A stretch of DNA of 64,000 nt from Atribacterota bacterium (GTDB lineage: Bacteria > Atribacterota > Phoenicimicrobiia > Phoenicimicrobiales > Stramentimicrobiaceae): contig JAXGNR010000010.1 in the NCBI GenBank assembly GCA_040767965.1, positions 53,420 to 117,419 of the forward strand, in the 5' to 3' direction. The notes under the pieces are model-generated. The model was not told where the DNA came from, ran no database searches, and saw nothing but the letters and a program-made list of their open reading frames with translations. Shown here piece after piece: positions 30,509 through 41,514 of the stretch (its first letter is position 1; each line of letters opens with the position of its first letter). Both the position numbers and the translations under genes were made by a program.

Positions 30509-31792
30509 ATGGGGAAAGGTACAAATATTAAATCAGTATTTGCAAGGGAGGTATTTACTGAAAGAGGACATCCAGGCGTCGAAACAACAGTAATTACTGA
30601 AGATGGAAGTATTTCAAAGGCAGTATCTACAAGTGGTGTTTCGATGGGGCAATATGAAGCGAAATTTACTCTTGATGGTGGTACTCGATGGAATGGTTTG
30701 GGTGTAATTAAAGCAGTCAATAATGTGAATAATATTATTGCACCAAAAATTATTGGTATTGAATCTGAAAAACAAAGGAAAATTGATGAAGTAATATTAG
30801 AATTAGATGGAACTAAAGATAAGTCTAATCTTGGTGCAAATGCTACAGGCAGTGTCTCAGCGGCAGTATTGAAGGCAGGTGCTTCCAGTTTAGGTATTCC
30901 TCTTTATCAACATATAGGAGGAGTTCATGCTTGTATACTTCCTGTACCTGGAATAATTTTTATGATAGGTTCAAAAAGGTATGGAGGGGGCTCCAAATCA
31001 GGAGGTAAACCTTCTTACAGTGTAATGGCTTATGGGTTTGATACATTTAGTGAAGCTTCTTATGCAGCATGGGAAATCAAAACAGATTTTGAGAAAAAAA
31101 TTATTGATAAACTAAACCTTACACCATCTCCAAGTCTTTTTACCAATTTTGTAATACCATTTGGAGTGATTAAAGATGATAGGGTTTTTTTAGATATTTT
31201 AACTGATTCTATTAACTCTTTAGGATATAAAGACAAGGCGGGAATTCAAGTTGATGTGGCTGCTGGTACATATTATGATAGAAAAAAATATAAATATATT
31301 GGTATTTTTTCAGAGAAAGAAAAAAATAGAGAAGAAATGATTTCTTTATATAAAGAATTAGTAGAAAATTATCCTTTTGTAATAATTGAGGATCCGTTAG
31401 AGGAGGATGATTTTGAAGGTCATTCATATTTGAAGAACAATTTAGGAGTTGAAATTGTTGGTGACGATCTTTTTACAACCAATATTGAAAGAGTCAAAAT
31501 AGGAATAAAAATGGATTCTGCACATTCTGTCCTTCTAAAAGTATATCAAATTGGAACAATAAGCGAAGCCTTTGATATGGTTAATTTTGCCAATAGGAAT
31601 GGTATGAATATTCAACCGTGTAGTAGTCGAGGAGAAGGTCAAGATATAGCAGATTATTCAGTAGGTTTAAATGCAGGATATATAAGGGAGAGCGCAATTG
31701 GGAATGAGGGGAATAGGTTATTAGAAATAGAAGCTCAATTAGGGAATCAAGCAAAATTTTTAGGGAAAAAAGCTTTTAAAGGTTTTCTTTAA
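30509..31792 (+). CDS. Divergent enolase-like protein (non-canonical active site)
   Basis: Enolase fold: LDGTKDKSNLGANA, DVAA, IEDP, VGDDL, LLKVYQIG; lacks GGxH, QEF, GDEGG, the SHRS His and the KTG Lys. Confidence 0.85.
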   Translation: MGKGTNIKSVFAREVFTERGHPGVETTVITEDGSISKAVSTSGVSMGQYEAKFTLDGGTRWNGLGVIKAVNNVNNIIAPKIIGIESEKQRKIDEVILELDGTKDKSNLGANATGSVSAAVLKAGASSLGIPLYQHIGGVHACILPVPGIIFMIGSKRYGGGSKSGGKPSYSVMAYGFDTFSEASYAAWEIKTDFEKKIIDKLNLTPSPSLFTNFVIPFGVIKDDRVFLDILTDSINSLGYKDKAGIQVDVAAGTYYDRKKYKYIGIFSEKEKNREEMISLYKELVENYPFVIIEDPLEEDDFEGHSYLKNNLGVEIVGDDLFTTNIERVKIGIKMDSAHSVLLKVYQIGTISEAFDMVNFANRNGMNIQPCSSRGEGQDIADYSVGLNAGYIRESAIGNEGNRLLEIEAQLGNQAKFLGKKAFKGFL

Positions 31793-31936
31793 GAATAACC
31801 TCAAAAATTAAAAAAGAAAAAATTACAGTAAAATAAAGAATATTTAATAAAGGTTTTAATATTTCTCTTAAAAAATAAATAATTTGATGACTAAAATTTT
31901 ATAATTTTATTTTTTAGAATTTTATGACCCTATTGA

Positions 31937-31988
31937 AATATTTAGAAATATCCTAAATTCTTAAGAATTTAGGATATTTCTAAATATT
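31937..31988. repeat. Perfect 52-bp palindrome with no loop
   Basis: AATATTTAGAAATATCCTAAATTCTT|AAGAATTTAGGATATTTCTAAATATT. Confidence 0.9.
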
Positions 31989-32049
31989 AGACCAGTATTT
32001 TAATATTCATTATTCCCAAAATATTTATTAATAATTTTGCTAAGAGTAA

Positions 32050-32289
32050 TCTATTTTTTAAGGTAATAAAAAGGGTTAATGGTACTATATAGCCAGAATA
32101 TCTGGATCGATTCTATGATGAGACGAATATAGTTAGAATCAATGAAATACTTTTATGACTGTCTCACTGAGTATAATCACTTCTATCGTCCCTATAGGGG
32201 TTTAAATCTTTTGGATGCCAATAGAATGTTGTAGTAAGTTAATAAATAATAAAGACCCCTGCTATTTTGCAGATGTATTGACGCAAACA
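32050..32289 (+). mobile_element. Possible 3' remnant of an IS481-like integrase element with terminal ...ACA
   Basis: Degenerate RVNG...EYN..YRPYRGL integrase C-terminal pattern; end reads TGTTTGCGTCAATACATCTGCAA on the minus strand. Confidence 0.4.
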
Positions 32290-32294
32290 GGTAC

Positions 32295-33644
32295 TGTTAG
32301 TTAATTTTTAAAAGTGCACATTTTAAGTTTTAAAAATGCATATTGAGATCACTATTTTTCACTATTTGTGTACCTAAAAATTGATCTTTATGCCAGAATC
32401 TAACTTCAGATAGGCCGGATCTTTTTCCGGATATTCGAAGTTGTATTCTTTCATGAATAGGCATTGGGAACTTTGAATTCTAATTTATTGATAGATATCT
32501 TATGATAAGACATTGATCATCCTTTCTGCTCTTAAGCAGAAGATATCCTTGTTTTCTTGACTGAAATGGTGGTGTAATACTAAAGGTTCGAAAGAGAGTT
32601 TTATTTTCTCTTATAGCTCTTTGAAATCTCATATAGGGAACTTCTTTTTTGTGGTAGAGTGAATCCAGTGGTGATTGTATTGGTTAATTAGCTTATTTAA
32701 AAATAATTTGAGCTTTGTTAATATCAGTAATTCCTTCCTGGCACAGGTTCTCACCAAATGATCCTGAATCCATTGATAAGGTCTTTCAATCTTGCCTTTG
32801 GCCTGCGGGGATAAGGCATAAGTCACCTTGATCCGACAATCATCCAATACGTTTCACTGTGGACTTATCTGGTCAGTCAGACGGTAATGATTGCTACAGT
32901 AACTATCTCTGCCCTGGACAAAGCGAAAGACTAAAATGGCTGTCCACATAATAACACAGGGGAATGCCATAGTTTAATAAAAATATATTCCAAGGCTAGA
33001 ATATGCTCCTGCAGCTGGTTTCTTGGCAACCAGGATAGCATAGAGGATAAGCTAAATCATCCAGTGAAGTAATAATACCATTTGTCAGCATATGGTGAGA
33101 ATTTGTGATGAGAGGAATCATGCTGAATGAGCTGTCCTGGATAATAGTCAAAACCTCCTGTCATGAGCTTTCTCTCTTGCTTTTGGGAAATAGCAATTAT
33201 TTGCCTCGCCCGGTCAATGATGGTGGAAGTGATACCTTCTGTTGGTAATCCTGTTCTAATAGATCTTTAATATAGCTGTAATTGTAATGTTTTATTGGTG
33301 TATTCGGATTTTCGATTAATGATTTTTCCATTTGTAGTTCTCTTTAATATTTTTCTCCAGGTCTTCTGAGATCTTCCTGGTTGGTTTGTTACGGGAATAA
33401 CAAATAGAGAATCCCTCAGGATCATTCTTGAATTCTTTGACTAACTGAAAGAATCTTCTCTTTTTAATACCCAGGATTTCCTGCAGGTATTTTCTCTCTA
33501 TCTTATTCTCCATATATCGCTTCAATAGGTCTTTTGACCTGATCATTGTTAAATTTCTTGTGCAACTGAACCATAACCTAAAACCTCTCATGTTTTTGTT
33601 TTAGATTATAGTTTCAGGTGTGCACTTTTAATTTTTAATTCACA
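32295..33644 (-). mobile_element. IS1202-family (ISNCY-type) element with 26-bp imperfect TIRs and a 16-bp target duplication
   Basis: TIRs TGTTAGTTAATTTTTAAAAGTGCACA and TGTGAATTAAAAATTAAAAGTGCACA (21/26); flanking direct repeat TGACGCAAACAGGTAC at 32279-32294 and 33645-33660. Confidence 0.85.
32370..33591 (-). pseudogene. DDE transposase of the IS1202-like element, frameshifted (boundaries approximate)
   Basis: YPGQLIQHDSSHHKF, YALSPQAKGKIERPYQWIQD, YNHHWIHSTT fragments in several frames. Confidence 0.8.
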
Positions 33645-33660
33645 TGACGCAAACAGGTAC

Positions 33661-33688
33661 TTGACAGTATTAAAGTATTTATTATGAT
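33661..33688 (+). promoter_or_regulatory. Putative sigma70 promoter TTGACA-N16-TATGAT next to the IS target duplication
   Basis: Near-consensus hexamers facing the catabolic cluster; AT-rich context lowers specificity. Confidence 0.4.
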
Positions 33689-34621
33689 ATTTGTTAAGAA
33701 TAATTAAAAAAACAAAATAAAATAGAAATATAAGTTGTATATTTATATTATATTCGTACCTCATTTACGTAATAACACCTCAACAGTATTCTCTACATGA
33801 TAATGTTTGCAAAAAGATTAATATTAGAGAGTATAAATGCAATAATATTAATAGTCCATTATTATTAAAATAAACAATATTTTTATTGTAATTTTAAGTA
33901 AACAAATATCCAAAATTTCAATCATTAATATTTAAAGTACTAAATTTTACAAATTTATTACTCATAAAAATTAACTCTTAATCCAAAAAAGATTTCCTTA
34001 CTAATAGGCTTTTATATTTTTTAGTTTGTTGAAATATAATTACTGAAAAGATAAGTATTTATAATAAAAGAAACGGAAATTCCTTATTAATTTTCACTAA
34101 AAATATATTTTATAAAATTCTTTATATTATCTATATTTCTTTAATTTAGTAATTTATTAAAATATTTTCAAGGTCTAAATATAACTTAAATATAACTGAA
34201 GGTATTTTTTAAAAAATAGTCTTATAGTCTTAAAAATAGATCTTTGAAAAATAAATATTAAAAAAAACAAGATTAGCTTATTTTTTAATGATGAAAACTT
34301 TTTTATTTTTATATTCTTATTAAAGAAGATACAAAATACTAATTTGCCAAAAATCTAAACGAATACTCCAAAGAAATATATAATCAAAATCTCCAAATCT
34401 AAAGACGAGTATTGAATATCTTTAATTCATTTATAAACTAATTTATTTCTTAAAAATTTATAAAAAATTAGACATACTGAGGCCCTCTTTATTTTAAATA
34501 AAAGAACTAGCAAAGTAAAAGAAGGCAAGCTCTAAAGGAGGTGATTTTTAAAATAACATAATAGAAATTTATAAGACTTTTAAAAATGTTACTGGAGAAA
34601 GGAGAAATAAAAAAAGAAATT

Positions 34622-35818
34622 ATGAAAATTACGAGTATAGATGTAATTGAAGTAACTACTGCTAGAGCAACTGTAAAAGGAGTTCCTTGGTTTCCAGTGA
34701 TAGCAAGGATTAACACAGATGAAGGAATTAGTGGTTTTGGTGAGGTAGGATTAGCATATGGCAACTCCCAAAAAGCAGCATTTGGTATCCTGAGAGATTT
34801 TGCTCCTTTAGTAGTTGGCATGGATCCCTTTGATACAGAAAGAATTTGGCAGAATTTATTAACTAAGACATTTTGGGGTCAAGGAGGTGGTGGGGTAATT
34901 TTTGGTGGAATAAGTGCAATAGACACAGCTCTTTGGGATATCAAAGGGAAGGCGTTAAATTTACCTGTTTATAAACTTCTTGGAGGAAAGACAAGGGATA
35001 AATTGAGAGCCTACGCTAGTCAAATCCAGTTTGATTGGGGCAAAGAAAGCAATCCGTTATGTAAACCAGAAGAATATGCCGAAGCAGCACTTAAAGCAAA
35101 AGAAGAAGGGTATGATTGTGTTAAAGTAGACCCGGTGGGGTTTAATCTTAATAAGCAATGGGTTTCAACACATGAAGACTGGGTTTTATCTGGTGTATTG
35201 ACACAAGATAAAGTAAGACTAGCTTATGAAAGAGTAAAAGCAATAAGAGAAGCCTGTGGCCCTGATATGGATATTATCATCGAACTACATTGTTTTACAG
35301 ATACAAATACTGCTATTCAATTAGGAAGGATACTTGCAGATTTAAACTGTTTTTACTTTGAAGAGCCGACAGCCCCATTAAATACCAAATTATTTACTGA
35401 AATTGCCAGAGAAGTAAAAATACCCATTGCAAGTGGAGAGAGGATTTATACAAGGTGGGGTTACAGGCCTTTCTTTGAAGAAAGATCTATCCATGTTATA
35501 CAGCCAGATTTAGGTACATGTGGAGGCATAGGTGAAGGTAAAAAGATATGCGATATGGCACATATCTATGATATAGGAGTCCAAATACATGTTTGTGGTA
35601 GTCCTATTGCCACCGCTGCAGCTTTACATGTAGAGACTGCTATTCCGAATTTTGTAATTCATGAACATCATGCCGCTGCCCTTTTAGAAGACAATATTAA
35701 TACCTGTAAATATGATTATCAGCCTAAAGAAGGTTGTTTTAAAGTACCTGAACTTCCAGGAATAGGTCAAGAACTTTCAGATCATGCTATTAAGAATGCA
35801 AATATTATTGCTAACTAG
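34622..35818 (+). CDS. Mandelate racemase/muconate lactonizing-family (DgoD-like) dehydratase
   Basis: SAIDTALWDIKGK, KVD, IIELH, FEEP, SGER, QPD, QIHVC, IHEHH, PGIG. Confidence 0.92.
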   Translation: MKITSIDVIEVTTARATVKGVPWFPVIARINTDEGISGFGEVGLAYGNSQKAAFGILRDFAPLVVGMDPFDTERIWQNLLTKTFWGQGGGGVIFGGISAIDTALWDIKGKALNLPVYKLLGGKTRDKLRAYASQIQFDWGKESNPLCKPEEYAEAALKAKEEGYDCVKVDPVGFNLNKQWVSTHEDWVLSGVLTQDKVRLAYERVKAIREACGPDMDIIIELHCFTDTNTAIQLGRILADLNCFYFEEPTAPLNTKLFTEIAREVKIPIASGERIYTRWGYRPFFEERSIHVIQPDLGTCGGIGEGKKICDMAHIYDIGVQIHVCGSPIATAAALHVETAIPNFVIHEHHAAALLEDNINTCKYDYQPKEGCFKVPELPGIGQELSDHAIKNANIIAN

Positions 35819-35858
35819 CAATTAAAATTTTTATTTATAAAAATAAAGGAGCTAAAAA

Positions 35859-36917
35859 ATGAAAATTAAAACAGAAAAATTATTTTTTGTATCTATTTTA
35901 GTTATGGTGGTTATGTTTAGTGCTATTTCTGCAATTAATGCGCAAGACAAGGTTTATAGGTTAGATTGGGTCTCAGGAGAACCTGGCACACATACTTATC
36001 AAATTTCTGCAAGTTTAATAGATGCATTGAATAAAGCAGCTGAAGGACGTTTAATAGTAAATCACGTTGGGCAAGGCGAAATTGTTCCAAATACTCAAGA
36101 AATGCAAGGTGTTAATGATGGGATTATTGATATGGGAACATGCCCTTGTGCATGGGCACAATCTCAGGTACCTCAATCTTCACTTTTTTCTGGTGCAGTA
36201 GGAGGGCTTTCTGATGCTGCTATGGATATTTGGTTAAGACATTATGGTGGTTTTGAATTAATGAAAAAAGCTTGGGAGAAAGGTTTCCCAAATCTTGTAA
36301 TGTTTTCCCCTCCAGGCTCAATTATGGGAGAAGTTTGGGGATATTCAAAGAAAAAATTAGAAACACCTGAAGATATAAAAGGTTTAAGGATGCGTTGTAT
36401 GGGTGATGCAGGAGAAATCTTCAATAGAATGGGTGCGTCTGTTGTATTCCTTCCAGGAGGAGAAATATATGAAGCAATGAGCAGGGGTGTTATTGACTGG
36501 GCTGAATGGGCTGATATAAGAGCAGGTTGGGATTATGGTTTTCAGGAATTAGCTGAATATGCATATTTTTCATTAACTAGAGCTCCTTCGAACAGACAGG
36601 CTATGTTTATTAATAAAGATATTTGGGAATCTTTACCTGAAGATTTACAAAATTTACTTGTAGTCTGGGCAGAATATTTTAAGAGAGTTCGTTATGAAGA
36701 TTATGTAACAAGCGATATGGAATATTTGTCAAAATTAGAAGAATTTGGAGTAAAAGTCCAAAGGGTTCCAGAAAGTATTGAAAATGCTTTACTTGCAGAA
36801 GCAGATGCTTTTTATACTGAAAAATCAGAAAATGATCCGCTTTTTGCAGAAATTTATAAGTCACAACAAGAATTTAAAGAAAAATATGAAAATTTTGAAC
36901 AATATATGCTCAGATAA
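35859..36917 (+). CDS. dctP: TRAP transporter substrate-binding protein DctP
   Basis: Signal peptide; EDIKGLRMR, LPGGEIYEAMSRGVIDWAEW, WESLPEDLQ. Confidence 0.92.
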   Translation: MKIKTEKLFFVSILVMVVMFSAISAINAQDKVYRLDWVSGEPGTHTYQISASLIDALNKAAEGRLIVNHVGQGEIVPNTQEMQGVNDGIIDMGTCPCAWAQSQVPQSSLFSGAVGGLSDAAMDIWLRHYGGFELMKKAWEKGFPNLVMFSPPGSIMGEVWGYSKKKLETPEDIKGLRMRCMGDAGEIFNRMGASVVFLPGGEIYEAMSRGVIDWAEWADIRAGWDYGFQELAEYAYFSLTRAPSNRQAMFINKDIWESLPEDLQNLLVVWAEYFKRVRYEDYVTSDMEYLSKLEEFGVKVQRVPESIENALLAEADAFYTEKSENDPLFAEIYKSQQEFKEKYENFEQYMLR

Positions 36918-36982
36918 TATAAATAGTTTTTTAATTTAAATATGAGTATATAAATTAAGATTAGTTTGATAAACTATTTGTT

Positions 36983-37050
36983 CATTAAAACAAAGGGGCT
37001 AAAACAGGATTTTAAAAATTTAAAAAGATAAAAGTCCCTTTGTTTTAATG
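36983..37050. repeat. Inverted repeat between dctP and dctQ (mRNA stabiliser or terminator)
   Basis: CATTAAAACAAAGGG / CCCTTTGTTTTAATG 15-bp perfect arms. Confidence 0.6.
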
Positions 37051-37312
37051 TATTATCTTTTTCTAATTATTCATAATTTTTAAATTAGAAAGTCAATAAC
37101 ATATAATTAAAAGTTTGAATGGTTTTTCAAATTAATTTGATAGCTTATTAATTTAATTTTAAAAATACTAAAAATAATTAATATTATTTTTAACACTTAA
37201 TGATTAATAATTTTATACAATTAATATTAAAAAGTATATTAAAAATATACTAGAAGAAAAAATAATAAATAATTGTTGAGATAAAATATTAAAGGAGGTT
37301 AAGAATTATTTA

Positions 37313-37833
37313 ATGCAAAAGCAAAAAGTATTTTTATAAATATATAGAAATAACTGAGAAACTTGTTAATTTGTGCTTTTAATATTAATAGATGGGTGAC
37401 ACTTCTTCTGATCTTAGTTATTATTTATGATGTTATTGCTAGATATATATTTAATTCTCCAACTATATGGGGTTATGACACAGTATGTATGCTTGGACTT
37501 GTTGTATATACTCTTGGATGGAGCTATGTTCAACTCAATGACTCACATGTTAGAATTGATGTTTTTTATGAAAAAATGTCAGATAGACAAAAAGCCATTG
37601 TTGATGCAATTGGAGACATTTTAATAGGAATCCCTGTTTGTCTAATTTATATAAATATTACCTACAACTATACAAGAAGAGCCTTTTCTTCAGGAGAAGT
37701 GTTGCAAAGTTCTTTTTGGTATCCCCCTGCCGGACCTGTTAGAACTGTTTATTTTATTGGAATGGTATTTTCTTTAATTGTTCGCAGATTAATCCAATCA
37801 TTTTATTTAATTTTTAAAGGAGAGAAAATATGA
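37313..37833 (+). CDS. dctQ: TRAP small permease DctQ (5' end apparently frameshifted)
   Basis: YDVIARYIFNSPTIW, HVRIDVFY, 4 TM; AGGAGG RBS before 37313 but an early stop in that frame. Confidence 0.8.
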
Positions 37834-39164
37834 GTCCAGAAGCAATAACATTAATTTTGGTATAGCGATATTGGGGGAGGAGTAACTGGCTATCCTATAG
37901 CATTGATTTTAGGGGGATCGGCACATTGATAGGGTTATGGCAGTTGGGGCCAATGGCCATAAGCCTCATTTATATGAGAAGCTTTGGACACCTAATGAAC
38001 TATACCCTATTGGCTATTCCTTTATTTGTTTTTATGGGGGGTATATTCTTGGTCATTCAGGAGTAGCTAGAAAATTATATGATACATTATATTTAATGTT
38101 TGCTAGAACAAGAGGAGGACTGGCCGCTGCTACGGTTATTATAGGGGCAATAGTTGCTGCATGTGTTGGAGTAATAGGAGCATCTATTGCAATTCTAACA
38201 GTGCTTGCATTGCCTTCAATGCTTGAAAAAATATGATAAAGCGCTTGCATCAGGAGCAATATGCTCTGGTGGAACTCTTGGTATACTAATACCACCTAGT
38301 GTTATGCTGGTAGTGTATGGGCCGATGGCTCAGATTTCAGTAGGCAGATTGTTTTTGGGGGCTTTTGCACCTGGATTTTTACTAGCAATTTTATATGTTG
38401 TTTATATTTTAATTATAGCAAGGCTAAAACCAGAATTAGGGCCCTCAGCTCCAGCAGAGGAATTGGAAGGAGTAACCTTAAGCAAAAAACTAGTTTCACT
38501 ATTAACCTCTTTGGTGCCAATTGCTTTTATTATTTTAGCAGTATTGGGAGTTATATATTTGGGAATCGCAGCCCCAACGGAGGCTGCTGGGATGGGCAGT
38601 CTTGGTGCTGTTATCTTATGTATTTTTTACAAAAGATTTTCTATGAAACTTGTTAAAGATGCTTTGCTGGATACTTTAAATGTTAGTTCTTATATTGCAG
38701 CTGTAGGAGTGTTTGCAAACGGGCTTGTTGGTATTTTTTTAAAACTGGGTTGTGGAGATGTAATCAGTAATCTCATTTTAAGTGCTCCAGGTGGAAGGTG
38801 GGGCTCTTTTTTAGTAATTATGTTAGTACTTTTTGTTCTAGGAATGTTTATCAGTTGGGTAGGGATTATTTTTATTATGGTACCTTTGATATCACCCATT
38901 GCAATTCATCTTGGTTTTGATCCAGTGTGGTTTGCCATAGTAGTGTGTGTAAATTTACAATTATCATTTATGACGCCACCAATGGCTCCTTCGATTTTTT
39001 ATCTTAGAGGTATGGTTACAAAAGAACAAAAAGTTACTACTACACATATTATTAAAGGCGTCTTGCCTTTTTTGGGTATTATTGTTTTTACAATAATACT
39101 TTTAGTAATTTTCCCTGAAATTATTACCTGGCTTCCTAATAGCATGACCAGAACCGGATGGTAG
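37830..39164 (+). pseudogene. dctM: TRAP large permease DctM, frameshifted in the 5' third (likely sequencing errors)
   Basis: ATGA overlap with dctQ; LAIPLF, GGLAAAT, GTLGILIPPS, PTEAA, SFMTPP. Confidence 0.8.
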
Positions 39165-39231
39165 ATTATTAAAAAATAATAATTATTAAAATAAAATTAA
39201 AAATAAAAGTAAAATAAAAAGGAGAGTATTT

Positions 39232-40404
39232 ATGAAGATTACGAAAATTGAAGTGATTCAGGTTAAAACAAGTCGTGAATTGTGGCGTCCAATAATTTGT
39301 CGTATTTATACTGATGAAGGTATTTATGGAGACGGTGAAGCTGCTTTGGCTTATAGAAATGCAGCCCCTGGAGCTTGGAATGATTAAAGAATTAGCTTCT
39401 TTAATCATTGGCATGAACCCCTTAGACAATGAGGTTATCTGGGAAAAATTATACAAACAAACATTCTGGGGACAAAATGGAGGGCCTGTTTTCTTTGCTG
39501 GTTTGAGTGCTTTAGATGTACTTACTATGGGATATTAAAGGTAAGTATTTCAATGTGCCTTTATGTGTACTCCTTGGTGGTAAGAGGAATGATAATATTC
39601 GTTGTTATGCCAGCCAATTACAATTTGATTGGGATTCAAAGATTACTCCAATGTCTTCTACTCAAGATTATATTGAAGCTGCCAAAAGCTTTAGCTGATG
39701 GATATGATGCTGTAAAAGTCGATTTCTTCACATATGATAAAGATGGTACTCCCTTTACTTCTAAAGACACAGCGAAGCTTTTAAGCCCATATTATGTTGA
39801 TCTTATAGAAGAAAGAATAGCAGCAGTAAGAGAAACTGTTGGTCAAAATGTTGATATAATTATGGAAAATCATTCATTTCCTGATGCCCAATCTGCTGTT
39901 CAATTAGGACGTAGGGCACAAAAGTATAATATATTCTACTATGAGGAACCCAATACACCAACACCTAAGCTTGCAAAGTATATTTGCGACAAACTGGAGA
40001 TGCCTATTGCTCATGGAGAAAGAATCTATACAAGATGGCAATATGCTCCTTATTTTGAAAATTGCTCTGTACAGGTTATACAGCCTGACATTGGGAACTG
40101 TGGTGGATTAACTGAAGCTAAGAAGATATGCGATATGGCCTATACTTATGATGTTAACGTTCAGGCTCATGTTTGTGCTAGTCCTCTATCTACAGCTGTT
40201 GCCCTGCATCTTGAAGCAGTAATTCCTAATTTTTTAATTCATGAGCATCATCGGTATAATTTACTTGATCTTAACAAAGAGCTTTGTATTTACGACTATC
40301 AACCAGTAAATGGTAAGTATAAAATTCCAGAATTACCTGGAATTGGGAATGAATTTTCTGAAGTCGCTTTAAACAATTACAAAGAAAAAGTAACAGTTGA
40401 ATAA
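39232..40404 (+). pseudogene. Second mandelate racemase-family dehydratase, frameshifted
   Basis: MKITKIEV, TFWGQNGG, LWDIKGK, YASQLQFDW, KVD, MENH, YEEP, HGER, QPD, HEHH spread over several frames. Confidence 0.82.
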
Positions 40405-40428
40405 ATATAATTAATTTTTTTAATAAAG

Positions 40429-40462
40429 AACATTCCCCATCTTTATAAAGATGGGGAATGTT
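40429..40462. terminator. Perfect 34-bp palindrome or terminator after the dehydratase
   Basis: AACATTCCCCATCTTTA|TAAAGATGGGGAATGTT; weak T-tail. Confidence 0.55.
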
Positions 40463-40498
40463 GTAAGTTTTATTTTTAATTTTAATAGGGAGGTATTG

Positions 40499-41494
40499 AT
40501 GAGTTTTAAGGTAGTTTCTGTTGATAAACGGTTTCAAATAATTGATGAAGATAAAGAAAGGCTAGAAAAAGAAGGAGGCATATACATAACATTAGATAAA
40601 GAAAAGCCGACAGAAGAAGAAATAATAGATGCTTGTAAGGATGCAGAAATAATTATATCTGTCTACTCAAAAATTACAAAAAAAATTATTGATAATGCTA
40701 AAAAATGTAAAATGCTGATTAGGACAGGAATAGGAGTTGACAATATTGATGTAGAAGCTGCCACTAAAAAAGGAATACCAGTTGCTAATGTTCCAGACTA
40801 TTGTTTAGACGAAGTTTCTGATCATGCTGTTTCCTTGGCTTTAATCTTATCAAGACAAATTTTGATTCTAAATGAGGATGTTAAAAAAGGTAAATGGGAT
40901 GAAAGTAAAGATAATATCCAAATATTAGCAATGAAAGGTCAGAAATTTGGATTGCTGGGAATAGGCAAGATTTCTCAAAGAGTTGTAAAAAAAATAAAAC
41001 CTTTTGGATTTGAAATAATAACTTATGACCCATATGTGGATAAAAATATAGCAAAAGATCTTGGTGTTGAGATGGTAAGCCTTGAAAGGTTGTTTAAGGA
41101 ATCTGACTTTATATCATTACATGCTCCTTTAACAGAAGAAACAAAACACATAGTAAACAAAAATACCCTGAAATTAATGAAGCCAACTGCTTATTTAATT
41201 AATACAGCCAGAGGTCCCCTTATTAATGAAAAAGATCTATATATTGCTCTAAAAGAAAAATGGATAGCTGGAGCCGGAATTGATGTAACTGAGATAGAAC
41301 CTTTACCTTTTGATAGCCCTTTGTTAACTTTAAACAATATTATTATTACACCTCATGTAGCTTTTTTATCAGAAAAATCATTTCCAAATTTAAGAAAAAG
41401 AGTTATTGATGAAGCGATAAGGGTAGGATTAGGTAATAAACCTGTAAATTGGTTTAATAAAAAACAAATGGAAAAAGATTTAAAAAACGAATAA
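40499..41494 (+). CDS. D-isomer-specific 2-hydroxyacid dehydrogenase (CtBP/SerA-like)
   Basis: GIGVDNID, NVPDYC, GIGKIS, YDPY, LINTARG, DVTEIEP, TPHVAF; GGAGG RBS before 40499. Confidence 0.92.
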   Translation: MSFKVVSVDKRFQIIDEDKERLEKEGGIYITLDKEKPTEEEIIDACKDAEIIISVYSKITKKIIDNAKKCKMLIRTGIGVDNIDVEAATKKGIPVANVPDYCLDEVSDHAVSLALILSRQILILNEDVKKGKWDESKDNIQILAMKGQKFGLLGIGKISQRVVKKIKPFGFEIITYDPYVDKNIAKDLGVEMVSLERLFKESDFISLHAPLTEETKHIVNKNTLKLMKPTAYLINTARGPLINEKDLYIALKEKWIAGAGIDVTEIEPLPFDSPLLTLNNIIITPHVAFLSEKSFPNLRKRVIDEAIRVGLGNKPVNWFNKKQMEKDLKNE

Positions 41495-41514
41495 TAAATT
41501 AAAAAGAGGGAAAA

